A stretch of DNA of 64,000 bases from Takakia lepidozioides (Eukaryota; Plantae; Bryophyta): assembly GCA_030704615.1 (NCBI GenBank), contig CM060733.1, forward strand, positions 25,048,001 through 25,112,000, given 5' to 3'. The position numbers and the translations under genes are program-made. Each line of letters begins with the position of its first letter. Within the stretch, counting starts at the first letter, position 1. The notes under the pieces were generated by a model that saw only the letters and a program-made list of their open reading frames with translations, did not search any database and had not been told where the DNA came from. Of this stretch, positions 1 to 11,267 are shown one piece after another.

Positions 1-779
1 TATGTTCATGCAATGCGACCCCTCCAAAAAAAAGTAAAGCCTCAGACCCCATCGACTATCCTTCAAGAACTTCTTCAATGTGTTAATGCTGCACATGCAG
101 GGCCAAAAAGTCTCCTTCAACTAAGTGAAAATTTCTGCGACAAATGTCTACAAAACCACAAGTCCCTTTAAAATTCACTCATCAGCTATGGATACTTTCA
201 ATCGCTCACATCTCAAGAACAGAATGATGTCGACCAGAGCCACCAAGGTTGGAAAGCCCCTCCACAGAGATGACAGCAAACATACTCTCTCGGCAGACAC
301 GGCTTGCGTTAAGTACCACAGCCAGCATATATGGTACTGATTATTCAGCCTGCCTTCTAGTTTCTTTGGCCACTTTTCTTTGATCAACAGCTAACAACAG
401 CTTGTTGTCTAGTAGCTTGGTTATGCGACCCAGGCCCAGGTTTTTAGGTAGCCTGGACCGATCTCTTTCTGTTCTTAGTTCTATGTTCATTGGTTGGTCC
501 GGCTTGTTGGGCCTGCCTTCTCTACTTTAGTTAGTAACTCCTGGAGCTTAGCTTCCTGATTTCCTTAGGGCTTCAGGTGCTAGTTCTTAGAACTAGGTGG
601 TTTAAGCTTGTCATTGGTGGCTGGTTAAGGTGTTACCATATCCCTCAAAGATGTAAGCCTTATGGCCCTCTGTTCTGGTTATTTTTTCGAGAACTCCTTT
701 ATTAATGTGAAGAATATATAGGCTTCCTCCCCTTTTTATTAAAAAAATAAAAAGAAACAATAACAAAAAGGCGTAGAGC

Positions 780-1075
780 CTAGTCAGTTGTTTTGGGGAC
801 AACTTAGGTTGCATGGCAAAATACTTCACCGTGACATTGTCCGTGAACACCTTCACCGGGTTTGAACCAACCTAGTGGCGCCAAAGCTCAAGGCAATGCA
901 CCACCGCAGGCTTCATTTCTTTCTCGTGTGTAGGCCACCGTCGCTCCACTTCATTCAGTTTCTTACTTTCATAAGCCACTGGACGTCCATCCTGCATTAG
1001 TACACCTCCAATCGCGAAGTCCGATGCATCCGTATGAATCTCAAATGGACGGTCGAACTTTGCATGGCGAGGACT
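780..1075 (-). mobile_element. Ty3/gypsy RNase H fragment (isolated relic)
   Basis: Minus-strand translation KFDRPFEIHTDASDFAIGGVLMQDGRPVAYESKKL...PTHEKEM...HCLELWRH*VGSNPVKVFTDN shows the TDAS / AYES / THEKE / TDN RNase H motifs with one in-frame stop. Confidence 0.9.
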
Positions 1076-1837
1076 GTGCGATTCTCTGTGTGATTCTCTT
1101 TTACTCCATCTAGTACATTAGGATTCGCAAGATTAAATCATAACTAGTATTAATTTCATCTCGTTTATCATGTCTAATGAGTCCCGTGTAGAATGTTCTC
1201 GAGGGATTTTCATTTTAGGAGTTCCCACATGCGATGATCATATGGGGGAATCGACTCAAAGAGTTGTTTACCAGTGATCATCAAGAGTACAGATTGTGTA
1301 AATTGTATGGTCGTTTTTAGATATCCAACGGGGTAGGTAATACGTCGTTATGGAGGTTTAAAGACTGTCATGAAGATCGGGTCTGACCAAACTCTCCCCA
1401 GAATTTGAAGTCTTATTAGTTCACAGAGCCGGGCATCATTTGCACGAAGCTCGGATTATGCACCTTGCATATGCAGACCGGTTGCGCCCAGTCTGCGAAT
1501 TCCATTGTCGGCCTTTGCAAGTGAGTTATCATGACAACTTAATTATAAAGAGTCACAGCGGTGGTAGTGCAACTCGACACTTCTGCAGCCGAACGAGAAC
1601 ACCCCGAAGTATTATATTAGAAACGCGTATCATTTGTTCAAACCCAAGCAACAGTTGATGAATTCCTGTACAGCTTTATTTACCGGAAACATGAGGTATT
1701 TGAACATAGGATTTAGAAAAACCCAAAACTACATCTTACGCCAAAATGACATACGTCAGTCTTCGATCGAACTCTCTACTACGGAACTTCTGTGCAGGAC
1801 TGCCTTATCATTGTGTGGCAAAACGCATCGGCAAAAC

Positions 1838-1952
1838 GATCAGAGTGATCAGACTGATCAGAGTGCCTGATCAGAGTGATCACTGTGCTTTAGAGGCAGA
1901 GTGATCACTCGATCAGAGTGATGAGGCTTTAGAGGCAGGCACTCTGATCACT
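1838..1952. repeat. Cluster of short TGATCA(GAG) repeats in the putative 3' UTR of the SMP-like gene
   Basis: GATCAGAGTGATCA-type units recur several times, and GCTTTAGAGGCAG occurs twice. Confidence 0.7.
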
Positions 1953-1978
1953 CGCTGGCAATTCTTCGACGCACTTGT

Positions 1979-2302
1979 CTACTTCTTTCCCCCGCCACCG
2001 CCCTTGCCGCCCGCTGTGCCTTTGGCGCCCTGGCCTCCGCTTGAAACCTTAGCAGCAGCCGACGGTGCCGTGCTCCCTTTCTGGCCTCCGCTGGAGGCAA
2101 TCTTAGCAGCACCCGACTGTGCCGTGCTCCCTTTCTGTCCAGTCCCAGTGGCATGGGCCTGAGATGCATTCCCGGCAGCGGCCGACTGTGCCCGGGATGC
2201 AAACGTCCCCTTTGCGACAATCCCATCGTGGCTACGGGCCTCCGCGGATTGAATTCTCGATGCCGCTTCCTGCGTCATTGGGGTGACCTTCCCTTGATCC
2301 AT
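1979..2302 (-). CDS. Small SMP/LEA-like hydrophilin (107 aa) with a Gly/Ser/Ala/Lys-rich repeat tail
   Basis: Intact ORF from ATG 2302, just after the splice acceptor ...ttcctgggcag at ~2312. Core motif MTQEAASRIQSAEARSHDGIVAKGTFASRAQSAAAGN, followed by GQKGSTAxSxAAKxxSGG repeats. Upstream GT donors at ~2453, ~2789 and ~3077 suggest 5' UTR introns. Confidence 0.8.
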   Translation of the reverse strand: MDQGKVTPMTQEAASRIQSAEARSHDGIVAKGTFASRAQSAAAGNASQAHATGTGQKGSTAQSGAAKIASSGGQKGSTAPSAAAKVSSGGQGAKGTAGGKGGGGGKK

Positions 2303-3367
2303 TGTTCCCACCTGCCCAGGAAATAAAAATTAGGTCTGCTTCTCAGTAGTGTTGAGAGCAGTACTATTGAGAGCACAAAAACCGGACTTCTGCATAAAGC
2401 TGGGGTGGCACCAGTACTGTTACGGTAGAACAGGATAAGTTGGCTCCTACTTACCACCTGAGCTAGGTAGTTTCAACTAAAATCTCCACAGACAGTTTTG
2501 TCCGTATTAACTGCAAGGATATGAAGGATCTATGGTGATCATCACAAACGCGAAGTTAGAGGATCCATGTCAAGATATCACTAACTGATGAACACTCGAT
2601 CAGCAATTCCAGTCTGGAGCTCGTCTTGACATATCAACAAAAATGAGTAATCCAATCGGCACCCGCTTTACTAGCTGGGGCTGGTGCGCGCTCTCGTTTC
2701 CTGAGGGCGCTGCAGCTGCTGAGATTCTGGCACCCACAACAGAAAACCTTGTTCCTGGAACTCCTGGACTCCCTCCACGCTTACCTCAAAAGCTGAAGGC
2801 CTGCGCGGTGCTCCGCCAGGCAATTCTAGAAGTTTATCTATCAGAGCCCGGGGCTGTGCAAGCGATAGGCCTTCTCCACGTTTGCTTGCTGAAATCTCTG
2901 TTCTTATATACTAGATAACAGTTGGGTTGTCTTCTCCTCGAGTTCATTTGGACTTCTCATATATCCACTGTGATGCCCGGTAAAATCGAGCTCCCTGGAT
3001 CAGATCCTTTGCAATCTTTGCATGTCTGCCACACTTCATCCTGTCAGCCAAGAAAGATTGCAACGTATAGGTACCTGAATCCAACAAGGATGAGGCAGGA
3101 GGATGAGGCGGCAGGTGAAGCTGCTTAGTGAGCAACTACGTCAGACCAAGGACTTGCAGATGTAAGTAGCAGGTTGCAACCCCGACTAAATGACAGTATG
3201 GCAAAGATTTGGATCTTATTGAATATTCTCTTGATTTTGGGGAAAAAAGAAAAACTTTGTACCGGACAAGGAGTGAGAAATGTGTCGGGGAGAAATAGTA
3301 TTTGTAAAAAGTAGTCAGTGGACAAGTAAAATGATCTCATCCAACTTGACCCAAAAGCCAGTAAAGT

Positions 3368-3712
3368 TGGCGCATGGGGTCCAGCCAGGTTCTTGTATTC
3401 AGCGCTGTGGATCTACCGACTGCGTAAGCAAGTGATGAGAGCTAAGAAATGGGTTGCAGGTTAGGGACAGCTCCACCCTACCGACACTTGGTTTCCGACA
3501 ACATCGCAGTTAGGTACCGTATGCCATAAAAGGAGAGTGACACGCCTGATTCACGCTGACACGACTGTGCCTACAAATCTTTACTGCGAAACGGATTGGT
3601 ACCCTCATGTCAGTGTGACAGAGGCTTTTTAGAATTTTGCGGGAAGTTGGTCACTGACTTTTGACAAGTCAATGATAGCCTTCTCACATGGCTCTCGAAA
3701 TATCTCCAATTC
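3368..3712 (-). repeat. Inverted copy of 11615-11970 (part of the duplicated chitinase locus)
   Basis: The reverse complement aligns by eye, e.g. ctaccgacacttggtttccga vs tcggaaaccaagtgtcggtag, and catgtcagtgtgacagaggctttt vs aaaagcctctgtcacactgacatg. Confidence 0.9.
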
Positions 3713-4584
3713 AGAGAGTATGTATTGTGGTTTCTATTAATTAATAGATTCATGTTTGCTTTTTTTTTTGGGGGCCCTGCCTCTGCAGAGCCCACCACTT
3801 AGTAGGTAGTAAGAGGGGGGGCCCTCCCTTATATACCATGGGAGGGCGGTGGGACCCTTCTAGAAGCCCGCCAGTGTTTATTTTTGAAGGACACCTTAGA
3901 CTTGCATTTGCAAGTTTCTTAAAAAAATTGCCCATCATGTTGAAGGGCTGTAATTTTGACACCCCTTCATATTTTTTGGCCGCCATTCGGCGAGCATGCA
4001 TGTAATATAAAAATAATTTTGTTGTACAAACACATGAAATGAAAGTCTTTTCACTTCCACGTATGATAAAATTATGAGAGGAATTCAATTTGAATCTATT
4101 TCCAATGGAAAAGCTCTATAGTTCTTCATGCCACTCCAAATCTCAAAAATGGCATTCCAATCCATGGCACCACTTCGAGCTTGAACCCTTCAATACTAAA
4201 CTTAGACTTTCATTTGCAAGTTTTTTTTTCTCTTAGCCCTTCATGATGAAAGATTCAGATTTTATCTGGCCTTTCTTTTTAAGGGCCCTGATTTTTTCAT
4301 ATGGAGCATTTTTGCAAGTTAAGGGGCGTTGCAGTCTTCAAAAATAAACAGTGAAGCCCGCCGACCATGGACCCTTCTAGAAGGTCCTGGACACATGTCA
4401 GCCCTACAAGACTCCCTATATAAATTTGGCCAATTTAATACATGTCGCGTTCCTTTCTTCTTTTTTTGGACCCCTTGATCTCATTCCTTAATACACGCGG
4501 CCTTACTACATAAGCCCCCCACTCTAATTCCTAGGCCATAGCAATTCCTGGACCACTCTAGAATGAACAAGGCCCGAATGAAAC

Positions 4585-4897
4585 TGCACCTCCTGCTTGG
4601 TTATATTGGTTTATTGGCCTACTACCTACTGGGAAATAAAGCTCGGCAGAGGATTGTTGGATGGGAACCCATACCCACGCCATCTTCACCAATCTGTATC
4701 AATGTACACAGGAAGGAGCTCGGAATGCCTCTTTCCTTCACAGAGCCAAGAAATGCAAAAAAAGACTCTGTACCAGTGGTACGCAGCGTTTTATATGTGG
4801 GTGGCAATGACGATGTGTTGAGACACTATGCACCGCCACAGCCACCCATCCACATACTGGAAAAGCTATATATTGCCCAGCAAAAATATTATTCTTC
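4585..4897 (-). repeat. Inverted copy of 11275-11578
   Basis: ORFs 4563..4958(+) and 11290..11586(-) give near-identical peptides (GNKARQRIVGWEPIPTPSSPICINVH...). Confidence 0.92.
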
Positions 4898-5062
4898 CTT
4901 TTTTTATCCGCATTCGTTACGAACGACACCAGAGCGAGGCCAGTCTGTGAGCACATGATCTACACGGCTGTGCAGAGTGCTTAAAAATGTCAGAGTAGAT
5001 GTGCAAAGGATTTAAGAATCCTATATGTACAGTAGATAAGATCATCTAGATTGATGAATCAA

Positions 5063-5130
5063 TCAACTGGTCAGGAAGGTGGCCGCCGATTGTTCCATGG
5101 AGAAACCGTTGGCCTTGGAGTTATCCGCTT
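5063..5130 (-). pseudogene. GH18 chitinase C-terminal tail (detached, inverted)
   Basis: Minus strand reads ADNSKANGFSMEQSAATFLTS*, the continuation of ...GIMIWE that ends at 5655 on the plus strand; matches 11197-11257. Confidence 0.85.
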
Positions 5131-5387
5131 GAGAGTGCAGTGGAGGAAAGGAAGCAGACAGCGGATTCAAGTGCAGACAGGAGACGGGAAGGAAGCAGAG
5201 CGTAAGGGAGAGCGGTGGAAGCTTAAGGGTCAGGCGTTTCAGGTCAGCAACAGGGGCACCGAAATGGCTCACGCATCTAGCAGGTAATGTTTTCGTTTAC
5301 GCATGTGGTTTGATGTCATTCTCTCTTGCTCGCTTGTCATTCTCTCATTCTCTCTTTGTTCTGTTTGTTGATTTGCTTTTCTTTTTG

Positions 5388-5655
5388 TTTTGGTGCCACT
5401 TGCTCCATCTATGCTGACCTCTATCAGAACTTCGGATCGTCCATAGATTACGTCAATTACCAGTTCTACGCCGAGGATTTAACCACCCAGAGCGGTTACG
5501 TGACTAAATTCAACGATGTGGCAACGATTTTCGATGCGAGTAAGCTCATGGCCAGTGTGAACATCGAGGGGGGCAGTGGAAGTGGGTTGCAAGGCAATGA
5601 CTTCATCAGAGCGGTCCGACAGCTCACCACCTTGGCTGGCATTATGATCTGGGAA
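5388..5655 (+). pseudogene. GH18 class IIIb chitinase internal fragment
   Basis: FGATCSIYADLYQNFGSSIDYVNYQFYAEDLTTQSGYVTKFNDVA...LAGIMIWE; direct copy of 10946-11198. Confidence 0.88.
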
Positions 5656-5859
5656 CGAGGTGATCCTCAATGACAAATTGGGAGAGGACGATGTTGGAGT
5701 TCTTGTCACCAGAATACTTTCTGGAGGTTCTAAATCTTTGATGTCTCTTGTAAAATGGCCTTTAACAAAAACACGATTTTGGAAAGTGGGAAACTACTCT
5801 CAAATGATCTGGAGAATTTTGTTAGATCCTCTAACAGTATCTTGTACGAAGATCATGAG

Positions 5860-5990
5860 GCAGGTGTGTTTGCAATGCGTGTGCAAGCTTGGGAGCTCTG
5901 GAAAAGGGGAAAGAGGTCCATGGTGACATCATCAAAGCTGGATTTGTACCAGATGTCATTCTGAACACTGCCTTGGTGGACATGTTTCTA
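5860..5990 (+). pseudogene. PLS-class PPR fragment
   Basis: ACASLGALEKGKEVHGDIIKAGFVPDVILNTALVDM, a PLS-type motif like those in the gene at 35-37 kb; no surrounding ORF. Confidence 0.8.
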
Positions 5991-8384
5991 GTATCAGAAA
6001 TCTGCAGGGACCTAGGGATGCCTAAACAATATGCCAGACATGTTGTAGAAACTTCCTTTGTCCAATTACAGCTCTGGAGCAAGCCATAAGTTACCGCTGT
6101 AAGCACTGATTACTGCTGCTTTGAAGTACCTCAGCTGGATGAAACAATTCTCAATTGAGAGGGCAATTGCTATCTTGATGTCTTCATCTGTTGTAGCTAT
6201 GTCCATTCCTTCACTGAGACAGCCTTAGTTATCTGGGAATGTATCACTTTTTTTGTGTAAATGTGAAGTAGTTTACCCATATGAAGCTGTTGGAGATTGT
6301 GATGCTCCATGTTGAGACAATTGGAAGATTTTTTCCAAACTCAAAGCAAAAGCTTGAAAAGAAAGTCCCCCAGATGCAAGTGACATTAAATGCTATTGAC
6401 TGTGGATAGTCTTCATATTCTGAGGGGTCCCATGCAGCTGTTAGCCAACATTTGTCTGGGGCCTTCCAAAGAGGGCGGTAGCCCTGGTGGGGATGGGGCT
6501 CTCATTTATGTTGGCTTTGGCTGACGTTGTCTCTCTCTTCTAGAGAACTGTCTTGTAGCTCAAAAGTTGTCAAAGAGCTCCTGTGGGATCAGTGAGTGAA
6601 TGTTGTTGTTTCTGAGCAGGACTGCGGGGAGCATTGCATGGCCAGCTCCACTTTGTCAGGGCAAGAATTGCGAACTCTTTCTGATGTGAGGCAAGTGTTT
6701 CTATTTATACTAAAACTTATCATGCATTCTTCATACAGTTCTTTGCTCAACCTTTTATACTTTATTGGTAGAATGGATGTTGTTATGAATACTTACGATG
6801 CTCAATCCACACTCAGTTAGAGTGTACGAGATTTTTTTGATAAGATTACATTGTTACTCTGGAACTGATTGTTGAGGTGCCGGAGCTGTGCCCTGTGGGA
6901 TAACATGGGATAACATTCAAGATGTGAAACTGTAGGCAGGCTTAGTCTAATTTATACTTCTCGCTCTCTCTCTCAGCAGACTGCATAACAATAAAGAGAC
7001 TTGTCAAAGGTTGATGATGGAATGACCGGATGAGTTGCTCATTTGCTGTCAATAGTGGGGGATTGTTTTCACATGCGGCATTTGTGACCATCTCACTAGT
7101 TGAAATTCCTTTTCAGGCTGTCAGAATCTCCAAGGATTCACAAGAGTTTGGATTCTTGAAGCAAAGGTATTTCTTCAATTGTTTCATTTATGTTTCGTTG
7201 TCAGAGCTGCTGGGAACACCAGTCTCTCCCAACTGATTTACTCTGCCTCCTCATGGCAGGGGCCCTAGGTAATGCTACTTAGGTGCCGTCCAAGAATCAC
7301 TCATCGGACCATTTGTTAGTGTAAGCAACTTGTTCTGGCCTGAGCTTATGCTATCTTCTGTCTAAACAATCAGGAAATGTGGTCATGGTCAGTGGGGCAT
7401 TTGTGTCAGTCACACCAGTCTAATATCGACCTTTATCCAGTTTACTGTGAGGAGATGTTTCTTGGTGCTGAAATTTGAGCACAACTTGGAAGTTAAAGTG
7501 AAAAGATGGTGATGTAAGCTGCTTGAATGCTAGAGGCTGGGCCACATAAGGAGCGACAGTACTGGATCATTACTGATGGGCTCGCATGTCAGCGACATTT
7601 TGCAGCTGGAGCAAGCCTGCAAACAGATCCTTTCCTTTGGGACTTCTTTTTCATGTGTTGTCTCAGTCAGCTCAGACAATCTGACAAGTAAGAAATGAGA
7701 GAAATGGCATTCTGTATGTTGGTTGCAGGCTGATATTTTGTTCGGAAGCATCATCATCTTAGATGAATGAATGTTACTTATGCTATTTCCAAAGACTCTG
7801 CTGTGTCTGGGTGTTTGCATGGGCTACGGTTTTGGGGAATCTTATTGAACTTAATAAGCTTGAAGAGGAGCGAGATGTTTTCGAGCAGTTGTTCCTTATT
7901 GAGCAGCTTAAGCTCCGGGATGTTGAGGAGGTATTTCTTTTACTGTACACTCAGCACCTGGATTTGGAAGGGACACTCTTGATTTCTGTCTCCCTTCTGT
8001 CTGTCTCTTGCTCTTGCATGTTTTGCAAGGCATATGACTGTTTGAAGTATGACTACAAGGAGTACTGCCAATGTGACAACATAAAAGTATCCAGAAACAG
8101 GTAAGAGAGATGAGGAGAAGCTGTGGAATGAATATTTTTCTTACCCAGTCAATGGTGGGACAATCGAGGCAAGAAGGTGAATGTCTGTCTGATTATAGAG
8201 AGTAGCAGATGCAATTGAGCATAGGAACTAGTGTGATAAGTTGAGTTGGGTGTTTCCTAGAACAAATCTAGGTTGTCATCGTCAGCTGCTAGCAGCAAGG
8301 CAAGGATGTATGCATGATTTGTGCATAGGCATGGATAGCTGAAGGAGCAGGGATAGAGTGTGGGCCCAGATTCATCCAAGAGGG

Positions 8385-8560
8385 CCAGAAAGAGGTCCAT
8401 GGTGACATCGTCAAAGCTGGAATTGTACCGGATGTCATTCTGAACACTGTCCTGGTGGACATGTATGCCACATTAAGGATGCGAAGGGAGTTTTCAACAC
8501 CATGGCTGAACGAGATGTGGTGTCGTGGAATGCGATGCTTGCAGGGTATGCACAACAGGC
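8385..8560 (+). pseudogene. PLS-class PPR fragment
   Basis: KEVHGDIVKAGIVPDVILNTVLVDMYA, then a frameshifted KDAKGVFNTMAERDVVSWNAMLAGYAQ. Confidence 0.8.
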
Positions 8561-8992
8561 CGGACGTGAATCCTACTGATTTGTTGTTGTGCTGGAACAG
8601 TAGCAAACGTAGAAAGACATACGCATTTTACATCTGTTGCTATCTTCAATGCATATGTAGTGTCCTTTGCACTTTATCATACTATTGTTTGAGGAGCAGA
8701 TTTTGGGACTCCAGTGTTATATTGTAAATTTGATTGGTAGCAGTTTAAGAGAAGCTCTTACATCTACTGTTGTCTTTAAGTGCCTATGTTTTGTCCTTTG
8801 CACTTGCTGACTTTGTTCTTTCCTGTGAATAAAGCATTCATTTGCAGAGTCATTTTTTGTCTCTTTGTTCTTCCCTTTGTTCTTCTCTTTGTTTAGTATT
8901 GAATAATACTAACCCTAATCTCTACTAACCCTAATGAGATAAGCATAGTCGCTACTCTGACTGTCCAATACATTTAAAAGTTCAAAACAACA

Positions 8993-9210
8993 CCTCATAT
9001 GACACCACGTGTCCATTTATCAGCATGTCATAGTCAGGATCATGACTGCAAGACCTCCTCAATACATGCCACGTGTCCACATATCAGGATGTTTGTAGTC
9101 ATGACAATTACTGTAAGATCTCTCATTATATGCCACATGTCCAGATATTAGCATGGTTGTAGTCAGGATGATGCCTGCAGATCCTCCTCATGGATATGCC
9201 ACATGGCAGT
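8993..9210. repeat. Diverged ~64-bp tandem repeat (~3.3 copies) carrying G-box/ABRE-like cores
   Basis: CCACGTGTCC at 9005 and 9069, CCACATGTCC at 9133, CCACATGGC at 9198; each full unit also contains TAGTCA(G/T)GA. Confidence 0.8.
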
Positions 9211-10315
9211 TTCGGGAGACGCCATATGGCGCACAACCACAAAACCTCCTGGACTTATAAAAAAAAGACGTGTACAGTTTGCAGCAGCACACTAAGTCAT
9301 ATATGGTAGAAGTACATATGACTGTCACATGACAATGAGATGTATTGAGATGTATCACTTGGTTCATCTGACTGTAGTCATCCATGACCGACCATACTAT
9401 ACTCATTGTATTCACTTGGTTTGCACGACTTAAAGTCATTGCCGTCATATGTACCGTTTATGACTACGGTATAGTCATATATATAGTCATACCGCGATCT
9501 GTTGTAGTGTTGATTACTTTCAGGCCCTGGTATTTAAAAGTTAGGATGCTAAGAACCTCCAATTTGGAAAGAAGGCTGGCGCTACTTACGACTGGGATAC
9601 TCCGGGCTACTGTCTGTGTGTGTACATTATGTGAATACAGCTTGGTGAATGTAGACGTCGCTGATGTGGGTACAGGTTCCATCCTTTCCTCTACCGAGCT
9701 TTACAGAATTAGAGCTGGAGAAATTTCTTTAGTTGAAAGTTAAATGAAGCTATGCCATTTTCTGGCGTTTGAAGTAGAGGTCGTCATTGGTCGCATGTGG
9801 TGGACCATGTTCCTGCAACGTACCCGTTCTTCCAAACTCCAGTCAATATGTAGATGGTGGCAGGACGCGTTGCTGAGGTCGACAATATGTAAGGAGTTGG
9901 GTGATGATGGTGTACGACACATTTAAAGCTAGACTATAAGGTAGTGGTGAGATTCACTACATACGTAGTTGATAGACAGCAAAAGCCTTCATTTTTTCTT
10001 CTTCATGAAAGTAGAAACTTGGATGCCCAATTTGGCTGACATAGAACTGCGACCTTTCAGACATAGCCCTAGTCGTCTGAGTCTCCTGATTGTTGCTATT
10101 TAAAGTCTATGAATCCTCAAGCAATCCAGTCCTGGCTTTGTGGTTCATAGCTTCATCGTAAGTCAAGCTGGAGTTTCCGGCGCTTCAACTCTCGAGAATA
10201 ATAACTTCATCGTAACTAGTATTCTCCTTTACATGCGTTATAAGTGGTTGATAATACTTCTGTTCTCTCCAAATTTGCAGCATCTCCCTAGTCGTAACTT
10301 AACTCTTCGGAAATC

Positions 10316-11267
10316 ATGGCACTCTCTAATAGCCAAACTCTGCGCAACAGCTTGGTTCTATTCATTGCGATGCAGGTCATGGTCGCCAACATTCTCGCGG
10401 CATGACCTTTTGGTGGAACATCGGTGACGCTTCGACATGGCCAGGCTCTGTTGTAGCACGGCAAGATCTTGACCGACTACATCAGAGAATCAGGGGGCAG
10501 CATACAATTCACAGACGTCCCTCTATCAGTTGGTGTGCCATACATCTTCCCGCTCTCGTTCGCCATCGATGCGGACGCGGCAGGAAACGTTGCAAACGGT
10601 ATTTTCTGCCTACTGGAGCTCTGGCCTCAGTCCTCAGTCTGCCCAAAGCTTTGTACAAGCGAATTCCAACGTTCGTCTTGCGGTCAGCCTTGGGGGGCTA
10701 CCCAGTATGTGAGTGCCACCAATCCTAGTCGCAGCGTCGACTGGTACGATCCTTCCAGCACCGATACCTGGAACGCCAACGTCGTCTCCTCTGATTCCAG
10801 CCTTGTGTCACAGTACTCTCTCACCGGGATCAACATCGACTACAAGACCTTCCCTCGAGGCAGCACTACGTTCACCACTTGCATAGGCGGGTTGATCTCG
10901 CAGCTCAAAAGTGCAGGCACCATTTTCAGTGGCGTCCATCACACCTTTTGGTGCCACTCGCTCCATCTACGCTGACCTCTATCAGAACTTCGGATCGTCC
11001 ATAGATTACGTCAATTACCAATTCTACGACAGAGCGATTACGTGACTAAATTCAACAACGTGGCAACGACTTTCGACGCGAGTAAGCGCATGGCCAGTGT
11101 GAACGTTGAGGGGGGCAGTGGAAGTGGGTTGCAAGGCAATGACTTCATCGGAGCGGTCTGGGCAGCTCACCACTTTGGCCGGCATTATGATCTGGGAAGC
11201 CGATAACTCCAAGGCCAGCGGTTTCTCCGTAGGACAATCGGCGGCCACCTTCCTGACATGGGAATAA
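10316..11267 (+). pseudogene. Secreted GH18 class IIIb chitinase (fern PrChi-A / narbonin-like) pseudogene
   Basis: Signal peptide MALSNSQTLRNSLVLFIAMQVMVANILAA, then LTDYI...IQFTDVP...LSFAID...VSLGG...LTGINIDYKTF...CIGGLISQLK...IDYVNYQFY...GIMIWEADNS. It has two early stops, several frameshifts and a degenerate DxxDxDxE catalytic motif. Confidence 0.92.

Noticed and set aside
1-770. Possible LINE 3' remnant on the minus strand
   Set aside because: Only a vague resemblance (LVDIILFLRCER) and an A/T-rich tract; not enough to call.
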